64,000 nucleotides of DNA from Eledone cirrhosa (GCA_964016885.1 OZ024742.1:287060001-287124000), one strand, 5' to 3'. Counted from the first letter of the stretch, positions 41,461-56,368 are shown. Translations and numbers: made by a program. The notes: generated from the letters alone by a model not told the origin.

Positions 41461-44298
41461 TCATCATCATCATTATCATCATCAACGTTTAACGTCCGTG
41501 TTCCACGCTTGCATGGGTTTGGACGGGGGTAGTCCCACTTGAGGCAAGAGTGATTGTCTTGCTCGCATAGGACTGTCTGGCAGGTTTTCTACAGTTGGAT
41601 GCCCTTCCTAACACCAACCACATTTACAGTGTGGGACTGGGAGGTTTTTACCGTGTTGCCTACACGGCCACATTACAGCGTGGACTGTGTGTTTTTTTGT
41701 CGTGACACCTACACGATCTCATTTGTTTCGGCCTGGATGGCGCGGCACCAACATAACTTTACATAGAACGGGGTGGTGTGGATGGGGTGGGGGTGGGGTG
41801 GTGGGACGGGGTGTATTTTGTTAGAGATGCCTACTGGCTGGAGTAGGTTTTACTATATATATTTAGGTAAGGCGGGTCTTCTCTGTTACTGAGTACCGCC
41901 AAAGGTCTCGGTCCAGTGACATTGTCTTGGAGAGGTGTAAGTGTGTGATGTCGGAGTTTATCAGCTCGTCCCAGGTTTTTCTAGGTCTGCCTATTCCGTG
42001 ACTACCGTCTATCTTTATTGCCCTGCACTTTGTTATACAGCTATCGACTTTCATGCGCATCACGTGACCATACCAACGTAGCCTTCTCTCGAGTAAACAA
42101 CATCTGATCCCTCTTATCTCTAATTTTTTCCTTAGTTCGTTTCTGCTTTGCCGTTCACGTATATTACTGTTACACATCCAGCGGAGCATGCAAGCTTCGT
42201 TCCTCTCTAGTCTGCGTATATCCTCTGCACACAATGACCAGGTCTCACTGCCATGCCAAATTGCTGTTCGTATGCAGGCATCGTACAACCTGCCTTTCAT
42301 TTTTAGGGAGAACCCTTTAGCAGCTAATAGTGGTATAAGCTCTCTGAACTTTTTCCAACCAGTTCTGACTCTAGCTACAGTACTTTCAGAGCACCCTCCC
42401 CCACTGCTGATTTTATCGCCCAGGTAACGGAAGCTGTCCACTATTTCTATAGAACCCTCTGCGCAATTGAAAGAGCTAGTATTTTGTGGGCACTTGCTGC
42501 TACTTATTGCACCAGAACACCGGCCACATGTAAAATCTATGTTCTTAGTTAGCTTACCTGTGATCCCACTACATCTTTTATGCACCCATACTTTGCATTT
42601 AGGACATAAAATGGAGTTTCTACCTACGCCTTTCCTACACACCGAGCACGACCATTTCCCAGAAGGGACCGCCGCCTTGTTTTCTTTCCTACAAACTAGT
42701 ACTTTGGTCTTAGCCAGGTTAATTTTAAGTCCTTTTGACTCTAGGCCGTGCTTCCATGTTTGGAATTTCTTCTCTAGCTCGGCCATTGATTCCGCTATGA
42801 GCGTCAGGTCGTCTGCGTATAGGAGCTCCCATGGGCAGCCTGTCTTGAACTCCTCTGTTATAGCCTGAAGGGCAATAATAAATAGTAGTGGGCTGAGAAC
42901 AGAGCCCTGATGGACGCCAACTTTTACGCTAAACTCTTCACTATATTCGTTGTTAATTCTAACCTTGCTGACTGTTTCTTTATACATGGCTTGTATAGCC
43001 CTCACAAGCCATTCGTCAACGCCTAGTTTTCTAAGAGCCCACCAGATAATGGAGCGGGGGACTCTGTCGAAGGCTTTCTCCAAGTCGACAAAAGCTAAGT
43101 AGAGGGGTTTACCTTTAGCTAGGTACTTCTCCTGTAGTTGTCGTACTATGAAAAGAGCGTCTGTGGTACTTTTGCCTGACACAAACCCGAACTGCATTTC
43201 ATCTAGGTCAATTCTCTCTCTGATTAGTTGCGCTATTACTTTTTCCGTGACCTTCATGACCTGGTCGATTAATTTAATGCCTCTATAGTTTCTCCTATCT
43301 AGGGCGTCTCCTTTACCCTTATAACAGTTAACGATGATGCTGCTATGCCAGTCCTTCGGAACAACCCCATTCTGTACGACTTGGTTAACTATGCGGGTGA
43401 CCATGTTGTGTCCCACCGTGCCAGATGCCTTCAGCATCTCAGCAACTATTTCCGAAGGCCCAGCCGCCTTACCCGTCTTCATATCCTTGATTGCCTTACT
43501 TATTATACTCCCCTCGACTAACACTGCTGGTCCCTCTATTGGGTCGATATGGGGGAGACTGTCTTTCTCCCATTTATTCTCCTCATTTAGTAGCCTTTCA
43601 TAGTGACACTTCCAAGCTACCTTCTTATCAGCGTCGGTGATGGCAAGTGTGCCATCGTCGTTTAGTACACACTTCTCCCCGACAATATCACGGTTTTCCT
43701 TGACGCATTGCCTAGCAATCCTGAACACCTCACGTTTTTGGTCATCGCGTTGTAGAACATGCTTGAACTTTCTTTCCTCAGCTTCCCTTCTTGCTAAGTA
43801 CACTTGTCTCCTAGCTTCCCTCCTGGCCACTTGATAGTCCTCTCTACTTCCCCCATCCCGCCATACTTTCCAAGCCTGCTTTTTGGCCTTAATTGACCCC
43901 TCCACCTTACTGTTCCACCATCATGTTACTCTCCTCCTGCCTACAGGCCTGCTCCAGCCACAGACTTCGTCTGTCGCCAACAGCAGGTTTGCTTTCAGAA
44001 ATTCCCACTCTCCCTCTATATTGTCCGACTCTAAATGTTCTTCCTTACTGTCGAAAGCATCAAGTAATATGCTTTGAAATTTATTCCTGGCTGTGGGGTC
44101 CTTTAGCTTCCCTATTTTTCTCCTGAGGATAGTCCTCTTCTGCTGTCGAGTACGTCTCGTCCTGACTATGAGGTCGCTAATTATCAGTCTATGTTGGGAG
44201 GTGCATTCTTCATGGGGGAGGGATTTAGTGTTTACAACAGACACTCTGTCACGTCTTCTGGTAAGGATATAATCTACCTGGCTTGTGTGTTCCCCGGA
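41461..44298 (-). mobile_element. 5'-truncated RTE LINE (2.8 kb) with one nonsense mutation
   Basis: Frames 43921-44244 and 41863-43905 are separated by TGG>TGA at 43921-43923; RT and PHD intact. Confidence 0.95.
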
Positions 44299-44387
44299 TC
44301 TCTATATATATATACATATATATATATACATATATATACATATATATATACATATATACATACATATATACATATATACATACATAA

Positions 44388-44426
<39 letters not shown>

Positions 44427-44451
44427 CATATATACATATATACATACATAA

Positions 44452-44490
<39 letters not shown>

Positions 44491-44589
44491 TATATACATA
44501 TATATATACATATATATATACATATATATATAAATATATATATACATATATATATAAATTTATATATACATATATACATTTATATATAC

Positions 44590-44620
<31 letters not shown>

Positions 44621-44717
44621 CATACATATATACATACATATATATATACACATACATATATACATACATATATATATACACATACATATATACATACATA
44701 TATATATACATATATAC

Positions 44718-44750
<33 letters not shown>

Positions 44751-44822
44751 CATATATATACATATATATACATATATATATATATACATACATATATATA
44801 TACATACATATATATATACATA

Positions 44823-44862
<40 letters not shown>

Positions 44863-44932
44863 CATATATATACATACATATACATACATATATATACATA
44901 CATATACATACATATATATATATACATACATA

Positions 44933-44986
<54 letters not shown>

Positions 44987-45113
44987 CATATATATACATA
45001 CATATACATACATATATATATACATATATATATATACATACATATATATATACATATATATATACATATATATATACATATATATATACATATATATATA
45101 CATATATATATAC

Positions 45114-45144
<31 letters not shown>

Positions 45145-45145
45145 C

Positions 45146-45190
<45 letters not shown>

Positions 45191-45219
45191 CATATATATA
45201 TATACATATATATATATAC

Positions 45220-45261
<42 letters not shown>

Positions 45262-45292
<31 letters not shown>

Positions 45293-45952
45293 GGTTTAGC
45301 GTCCGTGTTCCACGCTTGCATGGGTTTGGACGGGGGTTTTCCCACTTGAGGCAAGAGTGGTTGTCTTGCTCGCATAGGACTGTCTGGCGGGTTTTCTACA
45401 GTTGGATGCCCTTCCTAACACCAACCACATTTACAGTGTGGGGCTGGGAGGTTTTTACCGTGTTGCCTACACGGCCACATTACAGCGTGGACTGTCTGGC
45501 GGGTTTTCTACAGCTGGATGCCCTTCCTAACACCAACCACATTTACAGTGTGGGGCTGGGAGGTTTTTACCGTGTTGCCTACACGGCCACATTTACAGCG
45601 TGGACTGTGTGTTTTTTGTCGTGACACCTACACGATCTCATTTGTTTCGGCCTGGATGTTGTGGGACCAACATAACTTTACATTGAAAGGGGCGGTGTGG
45701 GTGGGGTGGAGGTGGTGGGACGGGGGTGTGTTTTGATAGAGATGCCTACTGACTGTAGTAGGTTTTTACTTTGTATTTAGGTAAGGCGGGTCTTCTCTAT
45801 TACTGAGTACCGCCAAAGGTCTCGGTCCAGTGACATTGTCTTGGAGAGGTGTAAGCGTGTGAGGTCGGAATTTATCAGCTCGTCCCATGTTTTTCTGGGT
45901 CTGCCTACTCCGTGGCTACCGTCTATCTTTATTGCCCTGCACTTTGTTATAC
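45262..45952 (-). mobile_element. 5'-truncated RTE LINE, sister of the intact copy
   Basis: Shares the diagnostic tail junction catcaggtttagcgtccg and the duplicated 3'UTR unit with the 25496 copy. Confidence 0.95.
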
Positions 45953-45958
45953 TCTTAC

Positions 45959-46009
<51 letters not shown>

Positions 46010-46311
46010 TATATACATATATATATATATATACATATATATATACATATATATATACATATACATATATATATACATATATATATACATATATATATAC
46101 ATATACATATATATATACTTATACATATATATATACATATATATATACATATATATATACTTATATATATATACATATATATAAGTATATATATATACAT
46201 ATATATATATACATATATATATATACATATATATAAGTATATATATATACATATATATATATATATACATATATATATACATATACATATATATAAACAT
46301 ATATATACATA

Positions 46312-46815
46312 TCATCATCATCATCATCATCCTCGTTTAACGTCCATGTTCCACGCTTGCATGGGTTTGGACGGGAGTTTTCCCACTTGAGGCAAGAGTG
46401 GTTGTCTTGCTCACATAGGACTGTCTGGCGGGTTTTCTACAGTTGGATGCCCTTCCTAACACCAATCACATTTACAGTGTGGGGCTGGGAGGTTTTTACC
46501 GTGTTGCCTACACGGCCACATTACAGCGTGGACTGTCTGGCAGGTTTTCTACAGCTGGATGCCCTTCCTAACACCAACCACATTTACAGTGTGGGACTGG
46601 GAGGTTTATACCGTGTTGCCTACACGGTCACATTACAGCGTGGACTGTTTGTTTTTTTGTCGTGACACCTACACGATCTCATTTGTTTCGGCCTGGATTT
46701 TGTGGCACCAACATAACTTTACATTGAAAGGGGCGGTGTGGATGGAGTGGGGGTGGTGGGACGGGGGTGTATTTTGTTAGAGATGCCTACTGACTGTAGT
46801 AGGTTTTACTTTGTA
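46312..46815 (-). mobile_element. RTE LINE 3'UTR-only copy
   Basis: (CAT)n tail and complete 3'UTR with duplicated unit. Confidence 0.93.
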
Positions 46816-46866
46816 TATATACATATATATATACACATATACATACACAAATATCTTTATTATATA

Positions 46867-47060
46867 TAGAAATGATATCTACAGGACTAGAACTGATTCC
46901 TTTGTATAAAATCATTGGGATCATTTCATTTAAATGAAACAGTTCTAGTCCTGTAGAAGTCATCTCTACATATATTAAAGATGCCTATACTCTACCAACG
47001 TATTGTCAACTTTTTTTTTTAAATTGTGGTTACCCCTCCAACACAACTTGGGAACCTGCA
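46867..47060 (+). mobile_element. Penelope-type pseudo-LTR fragment with 5' inverted duplication
   Basis: tctacaggactagaactg (46878-46895) matches cagttctagtcctgtaga (46940-46957); homologous to 13279-13407. Confidence 0.6.
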
Positions 47061-47074
47061 TATATATATATATA

Positions 47075-47316
47075 TCATCATCATCATTTTATGTCCGCTT
47101 TTCCCTGCTTGCAAAGTTTAGATGGGTCCTATTCAGCACAGCATCTCTCCACTTGTCACGGTCCTTCGTCATCTCCTCAGTGAGTTTCAGCAATCTGAGG
47201 TCTGCTCTCACCACCTCCGCCCATGTTTTACGTGGTCTACCTCTTCTGCGTCTTCCTTCTACTGGGATTTCTTGGCACTTCTTTACCCAACGGTCATCCT
47301 CCATGTGCATCACATG
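47075..47316 (-). mobile_element. 3' end of a second RTE family
   Basis: HVMHMEDDRWVKKCQEIPVEGRRRRGRPRKTWAEVV...; ORF runs almost to the (GAT)n tail. Confidence 0.88.
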
Positions 47317-47478
47317 TATGTACATATATGATGACGATAATGGTGAAAATAATGAGCTGAAAAGTGTGCTTTCATGTATTTGTTTGACCTGTTAGGATTA
47401 GCAGTCAAAGTCCTGTTACAAAGAATATCGGTCTTAAATGAAGGAAAGGACACATTAAATAATTCTCTCTAACACTGA

Positions 47479-47865
47479 TACAAGGCCAACACTTTGGGTG
47501 GAGGGGAAAGTCGATTATATCAACCCCAGTATTTAACTGGTACTTTATTTCATCCACCTCGGAAGGATGAAAAGCAAAGCTAACCTCAACGGGATTTGAA
47601 CTCATAATGTAAAAGGACGCAACTAAATGTCGCAAAGTTTACCGATTCTGCCAATGTAACTAAAATGGTTTCTGATTTGGGCACAAGGCCAACAATTTGG
47701 AAGGAGAGGGGAAAGTCGATTAAATCAACTCCAGTGCATTACTGGTACTTTATTTTATTGACCCCAGGCTAAGCTTACCATGGCAGGATTTGAATTTAGA
47801 ACATAAAGGGATGTAACTAAATGCTGCATTTCATTTTGTGTGATGCTCTACCAATTCTGCTAATG
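47479..47865 (-). mobile_element. Two tandem tRNA-derived SINEs (family A)
   Basis: acaaggccaaca...gggaaagtcgatt...actggtacttta...ggatttgaa occurs twice. Confidence 0.8.
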
Positions 47866-48404
47866 TAGTCTTACATGCATACCATGAAAGTATTAATAGA
47901 AAACAGACAACCATTTTGCTGAGTTGTAGAAATATAAATTCTCAAAATAAAAGATGCTGAAATGTAGATAGTTAACTTTTGAAAGGTCAGCAAAATAAAT
48001 GACTAACAACAATGTCAATATATATGTAATTAAATAATTTGAAACAAGTAGATTAGAGAACTGAACAAGGAAACTTGTTGGATCAACATATTGTCGATTA
48101 AACAACAGTATATATTTGTCCTACCCATGCTAGCATGGAAAATGGATGTTAAATGATGATGGTAATGATGTGGAATGACAGATAAATATAGTGTAATCTA
48201 TCAAACCACTAACAAACAATTCTGGGATATGGTGTCTCTCCCTCCTTCTCTCTCTGGTCTTTTTTATTTTTATTTTCTTCCATTTTTTATCCCTATAACA
48301 GTGTTTTGTTTTTATTAGATAATGCTCAATTAATTTTTATGTAATTATATCCTAGACATAACAAAAAAAAGTTGATATAATGAAATAGGGGAGCCGAACT
48401 AAGC

Positions 48405-48770
48405 AAATCGGTGTGGCAAGGGATCAGGCTAGGCTAGACAGATGGGTGTGGCAAGGGATCGGTCTAGATGGGAGAATGTGGCAAGGGATATGGCTAGAAG
48501 AATGGATGTGAGAAGGGCTATGGCTAGATGGATGGGTGTGAGAAGGGAGCCAATCTATGACAGGTGGGTGTGGGAAAAGATCAGGCTTGACTGGTGGGTG
48601 TGGGAGGGGGTCAGGCTAGACGGACGGGTGTGAGAGGGGGTAGGTGTGAGAGGGGAACAAGCTAGACTGATTGTTGTGAGAGAAGAGGGCAAACTGGTTT
48701 GAGGGGAGAGCAAACTAAGACGGGTGGGAGTGAGAGGGGAGTAAGTTAGACAGATGGGTGTGTCAAGAAC
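48405..48770. repeat. Degenerate G-rich minisatellite (about 30 bp)
   Basis: Recurring gggtgtg(g/a)gaaggg...ggctagac. Confidence 0.65.
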
Positions 48771-49089
48771 AAACAATGGGAAGAGCAAAAAATAAATAAA
48801 TAAAAAGAGGGAACTAAAAGTAGAAAGACAATTACTTCAGTGTGTATTTAAATGACACTAAAAATACTTTCAAATATAAAGGGCACCATGAAATATTAGC
48901 TAGACGGAGTAACGATCTGAGAACTTTAGTTATTAATTTACTTTATTATCACTAATTAGAAATAGAATGTGACTATATCTTTATATCTTTTCTCCTCGTC
49001 AATTGTTTTAATGCCAGCTTTCACACACACACAAACACGTGTGAGTGACAAAAATAAACTGACATGGAATTCTGTGGTGTTATTATAGT

Positions 49090-49512
49090 CAAGGCCGGAT
49101 TTAATGGGGGGGGGGGGGCAATTGTCCCGGGCCCCCTGCAGTGTGTGTGGGTGGTGGTGGTGTGTGTGGGTGGTGGTGTGTGTGTGGGTGGTGGTGTGTG
49201 TGTGGGGCAACGATTATAATTTATCTGTGCCCTCTAGTTTTAGGATGGTTAAAATGTTTAATTTAATTGTTTCTACTTTAGGCACAAGGCCAGCAATTAC
49301 TCAGTGCATTACTGGTACTTTATTTTATCGACTCCGTAAGGATGAATGTTTAATTTAATATCTGAATGTATAACTTGGAAATTCCAATTACTTGCACCAA
49401 GCTAACTTTGATACGTAAAATTAGAGGGTTTGCTGTGTATACTGTTTCCTTGTATGAAGGGCCTCCTAAACCTGAAGTACCCCGGGCCCCACAAGGTCTA
49501 AATCCAACCCTG
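49090..49512. mobile_element. hAT-like MITE
   Basis: TIRs caaggccggattta and taaatccaaccctg; imperfect 8-bp TSD attatagt/attatgat; subterminal cccgggcccc motifs. Confidence 0.6.
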
Positions 49513-50045
49513 ATTATGATAATGATAAAAATGATTTTCCTTTTTAAGGATCAAAATATAAACTGTTACAAGTTATGAAAACTATATTTTTTTTTATGCC
49601 ACTATACGTATAAATGACTTTAATATCCACGTTTGAATATAGTTTTCTACATGCATGTGAGAGTCCTAAACGAAGAAAATAACTGTAACAATAGTCGATT
49701 ACTATAGATAATGGTTGGGAAAATTGTGTAAATTAACCCTTAGAGACGTATTTTTCTACAAAGTGTGTATATAATATACATGTATATATATATATATGCA
49801 TGTAAAAGGTAAAGAGAAATAACAACACAATCGGTACAGTATATGGAAGGGATATATTAGGTTAACGCTTATATATATATATATATACGTATATGCTTAT
49901 TGAACGTATACATTTTGTTTTAACGCCATTTCATAATGTTGTACACTATGTCCATTGTCTTTATGTGTGCATCTGTGTGTGTGTCTGTGAGTATATCTGT
50001 GTGAGTGGGTGTGCATTTATATATGAGTGTGTTTGTGTGAACGTA

Positions 50046-50047
<2 letters not shown>

Positions 50048-50098
<51 letters not shown>

Positions 50099-50135
50099 GC
50101 GTGTGCGTGTGTGTGTGTGTGTGTGCGTGTGTGTA
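50048..50135. repeat. (GT)n microsatellite
   Basis: Direct. Confidence 0.95.
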
Positions 50136-50484
50136 CATACGTGCGTGGCGATGTTTTGTTAGGTGGTAGACGAAAAGTAAACAATGAAATCGACATTTTT
50201 CGACACTCACATATATACAGACGGACAAAGTACAACAGAAAAATACACAATATAAACAATATATAGATATATATTGTCTAACACACACATAGATATATAA
50301 ATAATATATATATATTGTTTAACACATATATATATATTGTCTAACACACACACACAGATATATAGATATATATTAACACAAACAGATATATATAGACAAT
50401 AGATAGATATATTTTGTCTAAACACACAAATATACAGATACATACGTCTACATATATCATCATTTAATGTCCGTTAAATGGTGA

Positions 50485-50536
<52 letters not shown>

Positions 50537-50678
50537 GTATGTATATATATATTATTAATTTTTAGTGAAACAGTTCTACTCCTGTAGAAACCATTTCTCT
50601 ATTAGACGTTTACACTCTAATAATGTATTGAGTAACTTACTGTAGTTACCCCCGATTGAACCTGGGGCTCACATATCT

Positions 50679-50712
<34 letters not shown>

Positions 50713-50849
50713 CTCACACAGACACACAAGTAGTCAGAAGTTGTTATAGAACCGTCAAAATATTGAGATAAACGTGAAATACTTCAATGACGTAACTGTC
50801 TGTTTAGACTAACAGGTACCACAAATAGATATGTTGTTACTCTATCTAT

Positions 50850-51560
50850 ATTGTTAAACCGTGTTATTGTATCTGTTATACTTTGTTGTTATTGTATCTA
50901 TATTGTTATACCGTGTTATTGTATGTTATACCGTGTTGTTATTGTATCTGTTATACCGTGTTGTTATTGTATCTGTTATACTGTGTTGTTATTGTATGTT
51001 ACACCGTGTTGTTATTGTATCTGTTATACCGTGTTATTGTATGTTATACCGTGTTGTAATTGTATCTGTTATTGTATGATATACCGTGTTATTGTATCTG
51101 TTATACCGTATTGTTATTCTATGTTATACCGTGTTGTTATTGTATCCGTTATACCGTGTTGTTATTGTATGTTATACTGTGTTGTTATTGTATGTTATAC
51201 CGTGTTATTGTACGTTATACTGTGTTGCTATTGTATCCGTGTTATACTGTGTTGTATCTATACTGTTATACTGTGTTATTGTATCGATATTAATCTGCGT
51301 TGTTATTGTATCTGTGTTGTTCCACTGTGTGTTATTGCTGTGTTAAAACCCTGTGTTATAACTAATACAGTGAGCGTATAATATATCTACCAACCATACC
51401 AGACAGATGATGGTATATCTACCCATCATACAAGACATGGTATATCTACCCACTATACATGAGAGATGCTATATCTACCCACTATACAATACAGACAATG
51501 TTATCTACCCACCACACATGAGATATGGTATATCTACCCACCATACAAGACAGATGATGC
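50850..51560. repeat. Two adjacent degenerate minisatellites
   Basis: gttataccgtgttgttattgtat units to about 51350, then tatatctacccaccatac units at 51383-51560. Confidence 0.85.
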
Positions 51561-52389
51561 TATATGTATGTAGTATGAAATACTTTATTTACCTAAGAAG
51601 AATCAACTCTAACTTTTAACTCTAATAAAATTTAATTTAGATTTTCAAAGTTCTCAACGGACGAAACTTTGTTTTTTTAAACTAAATGATGATAGATATT
51701 AATATAAAACATTCTTTTTAAAGAAATATGTAAATATATACTGAATGAGATCGTACACATATCTAAATTAAACAAATACATTCGTGATCTAATTAATAGT
51801 CATCAAACGAACCTGCTAGAAATAGCAGCCAAATTTCATTTCACATGTTTTGTTTTGTTTGTTAGTTACTTTTTTATTTCGTTCTTTTTTTAAAGCCAGG
51901 AACACATCGGATAATATAAACCTAGGTAGACTTAGCCTGGCAAAACAACTGTGATGACGGCTAGTATACCTTTGATAATATGTCTGCTCGTTGAGAGTCG
52001 AAGAATGGTTAAAGTAAACAACAATAGTTATTTAAGAATATCAAATATTGCACAAAATTTTACTTGAACATAAAAAAACTACACTAAATATAATATAATA
52101 GAAGGTTTATAGGTTGTGTTGTTTATAATAGGGTTAAATTACTGTATCACAATTAAATGGTGTCTAGTACATATAATTAATAAAGATAGAAAATTGAAAA
52201 TTATTAACGAAACTTCGCAGTGGTATATAAAGATATATAATTGGATGTGGTTTTAGATGAGATCCAGTGAAGCTTTAAATTACTGTGAGAAGACGATTTT
52301 ACATTATTAAATGACATCGGTCAACAAGACACAAACGCACATACACGCACACACACAAACATACCCTTCGTACTCTAAATGGTTTTAAC

Positions 52390-52890
52390 AGAGAAATAGG
52401 ACAAATACAACATACATAAGTGTGTATGAATAAATAGGATATGTACAACATACGTACACACACACATATATATATATACTGTATATATATATATATATAT
52501 ACATTACTTAAATAAAAAGGACATATACAACATACGTACATATATACATACATGTACTTAAATAAATAGGACACGTATAACATACATACATATATACTTA
52601 AATAAATAGGACATGTACAACAAACATACATATGTACTTAAATAAATAGGACATGTACAACATATGTACATATATACATAAATAAATATGACATGTGCAA
52701 CATATATACACATGGATACGTTCAGCAATACATAGACAGAGAGAAACAAGACATGCACAACATACATATATACACGTGCAACATATGTACATATACATAT
52801 ATTTATATTCACACACACACACACACACAGAAACAGCAATAGAACAGGTGCATCATCATACAGACAGACAGAAATAGGACGTATATAACA
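52390..52890. repeat. Degenerate repeat of about 40 bp (aaataaataggacatgtacaacata)
   Basis: About 8 imperfect copies. Confidence 0.7.
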
Positions 52891-53400
52891 TAGTATATCT
52901 GAGTTTTTCGAATATTAATAATAATATTCGATTCGTTTGCAATTATGCAAACAGCCCAAAAAGAAAACCGATGCGTGTTCAGGATTATTGTAGGGTATAT
53001 TTATATATTAACTGATAATTTCGGAGGGTTAATATGGCATTTGAGAAACTCAATATATTAAGCTATAGATTAAAATAATTTCTGATTAGAAGATATTATA
53101 GGTATATAGTATTATATACTGAAAATATTGCTAGATACAGCAACTGTCAACATCAGAACTCTGATCAAAGAACCTACAGTTCCCTTAAACGTTCGATCTT
53201 ATTAAGATGTTATTTTATATCGGAAACTAAATATAATTTATAATGATTTTTTTACACGGAAATAAATAAATAAACAATTTGTCATCTGTCTTTCGAGAAC
53301 CAACAAATATATATATATATGTGTGAGAGAGAGAGAGAGTGTGTGTGTGTATTTATATATTTGATAGAGGAGAGGAGAAATTATATACACATACATGCTC

Positions 53401-53464
<64 letters not shown>

Positions 53465-53921
53465 ATGTATGTATTAAGGCTGTATTTGGGCTTTCAATAA
53501 CTCACCGGTTTCTAATATGAACACTTGATAATACAAAATAAGTGATACTGTAATGTTAAAAGACATAGTAAAGATAGAAGAGTAAATGAAATACCTAAAT
53601 ACAATATGGAAGGAACAAAGTGCGCAGCTTTCAGCAGACAGAGACGGTAAGAATCCATTGCAAATTCGACGTGGCAACGATGGAAGCTGCCATCTTGCAG
53701 CTGTACGGCCGCTTATGATATTCACTGTATTATTCAAACAATTCTTTTTTTGTTTGTTTCATAATAAACGTTCTAAATATAATTATGATAGTGATTTAAA
53801 TGTTATTTTAAATATTAAGATTATTTAACTTATTATATAACTTCTTTATATGATTTAATTTTTTTTACTCATAAGCGACAAATAATTATTAAAACAGTCA
53901 GAAAGCATTAGTGTACGCTTG

Positions 53922-54960
53922 TTTGGCAGTATCGGTAGTGCGTCAGAGAAAATGTTTTACAGCATTTAGTTTAGTTTTGAGTTCAAATCTCGTTGGGGTC
54001 AACTTTATATTTCATCCTTCTTCAGTTCATTTAATCTGCTTGCCTTTTCCTCAGTGGATTAGCAGACTTGTTAGAGCGTCGGACAAAATACTTTGTGGCA
54101 TTTAGTTGCGACTCTTTATTATGTTCCGAGTTCAAATTCCACCAAAGAATATTTTGCTTTATCACAACCAGTAAAGTACTTGGGCAGGGTAGGATTTTCA
54201 CTTGCTGAGGCCCTGGTCCCTTCTCTAAAAAAAATTGTTATTTTTTAATATTAAGTTATATTAATTTATTTTTATATTAATGTTAATGATAAAAAATAAA
54301 TTATATATATATATCACATACACTATATATATATATATATTCAGTGAATTACTGGCGGTGGTACCAAAACGAGCACTCAATGCACAAGCACAGTGGATAA
54401 ATTAAAAAAAAAACGTTAAAGTTTCGTTTACATGTACTTAGTTTTTTAGTTTATATCGACCTCTTACGTACGTTTCACAGAGGATTGGCTCAGGGTCACC
54501 CATAGAAGTGATGGACCCGACTTCCTTATCGATCTGCTCTTCAGACTGACGATTCAACACTTTTGATTATTTTCATGATTTGTCCTTCGTATATATATGT
54601 ATGTATAGAGTCTGCCATGCTGAGACCAGGAAAACTAATCATGGGAGTACTCAATGCATAGGGAGATGCAGAGTGAGTATAGGGATATGTAAAATCCCAA
54701 CCAACGCGCCAAGTGATTTCAGCTTGTGTGCCATATATATATGTATATATATAATATATATATAATTTTTTTTATGATTTAGTGTTAAAGAATAAAAATT
54801 ATGATAAAATAAAATAAAAACATATTTTTAAAAATAAGGGTTTGTGGCTCTAAGCTTTAGCTTGTTTAGCTTATAGGTAAGTCCAGCACTGTATTGAGGT
54901 TGATATAATCTGCTTTCCCTTTCCCACAACTTACTGGCCATGTACCTAAATTAGAAACTA
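53922..54960 (+). mobile_element. Tandem family A SINEs, the second interrupted by a hAT-like MITE (54185-54891)
   Basis: B-boxes gagttcaaat at about 53979 and 54128; degenerate TIRs cagggtaggatttt/taagtccagcactg; TSD-like tacttggg/tattgagg; SINE resumes gaggttgatataatc. Confidence 0.55.
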
Positions 54961-55599
54961 TCATTATAGCAAGTTGTCGGAATTTAACTTTTATTGTACA
55001 TTAGAATAGAGCTTGATAATTTTAGAAAGGAGAGAATGAAAGTTTTTTTTAAACTCATGCTTTTCCCTAAGGTTTTAAAGCAAAAGGGTTATGACTAAGA
55101 TTTGACATCGAATCACTAGTTGATTTGCCCAACTTGTGAACCCTTTAGTATTTAAAACGACTGTATCTGGTCAGAATTCTCTCACCTCTTTCTGTTCAAA
55201 CAGGCCATAACCAGCCACTCATACTTATGTAAAGGTATTGTTCTCAAAATAAGTAATATCAAAATCTCAGATTCGATATTATGTGAGATAATTATGTGAG
55301 ATAAAGCCTTTACCACAAAAATACAATAGTAAATGTAGAGTAATGTAAATGCTAAAGAGCTATACAACACTATTTCTTAACTGTTTTATATTTCTTGTTG
55401 TTTAACCCCAGGTCAGCCGTTATTAAGCAAACCTATGATCATGGGCATTCCAGCCAGGAACATCATATTTGGTTTTAAAGACTCCAGTTAAATACAAGTT
55501 GTTAGGTAGATGAAATTGTCAAAAACTCATCTCTGGAAAAATATGAGGTTTGAAATGTCAATAAAAAGATTTATTCATTTCTTTATACATAAAAAGTGA

Positions 55600-55920
55600 A
55601 GGTAAGAGTAAAGACACCCTTTAGTCACAAATGACTATGGAATTTACACCTAGAAAGTTCTGCTCTAAGGCACAGGTCTAGGCAATGTTATGTATGGAAG
55701 ACCAGCAGTCACCCAACATACCAGTCTCCTCTCTCCATGCCACCAATGTTGTCTAAGGGAAAAACAAAGGCCAATGCAGCTTGGCACCAGTGATGTTGCA
55801 ACTCATTTCTACAGCTGAGTGAACTGGAATAAAGTGTTTTGCTCTAAGAAACAACACATCACCTGGTCTGGGAATCAAATTCACAACCTCACGATTGTAA
55901 GCTCAACACCCTAACCATTT
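55600..55920 (-). mobile_element. tRNA-headed SINE (family B-like head)
   Basis: Reverse complement of the 6049 head and core (ctcatttctacagctgagtgaactgga...aataaagtgt). Confidence 0.75.
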
Positions 55921-55929
55921 GTTAGATTG

Positions 55930-56368
55930 TAGTGCTAAATTGTATGATGCCTGTGAGAAGTGCAATGTTGCATGGCAATGAGACATGGGTAGTAAATGCA
56001 GAAGATATGCAAAGGCTAGAGGGAAATAAAGCAATCATGCTCCATTGGATCTGTAATGTTAGTATGCATGAACGACAAAGTAGAGATGAGCTGAGAGAAG
56101 ACTGTTCCATTATGGGTTATGGCCATGTGATGCATATGGATGAGGATTGTTGGGTGAAGGAGTGCTAGGATATGCCAATGGAAGGAAGCTGCAGTAGAGG
56201 AAGACCTGGGTAGAAATGGTTAGAATTCAAAACATTGAAAACCCTTCCTCCCAGAAGAAATAACAAAGGAATGTTATAAGTAGAGGTTGGCTCTTCTGTA
56301 GAAGACCTATTTAACTCATGAAAACATGGACAAGTAGACATAAAATGATGATGATGATGATGATGATG
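55930..56368 (+). mobile_element. Degenerate RTE 3' fragment
   Basis: VRSAMLHGNETW...LHWICNV, GHVMHMDEDCWVK, (GAT)n tail. Confidence 0.8.

Noticed and set aside
53586-53720. Possible host exon (CpG-containing, cg|gtaaga donor-like site)
   Set aside because: No recognisable protein and no linked exons; cannot be supported without RNA-seq
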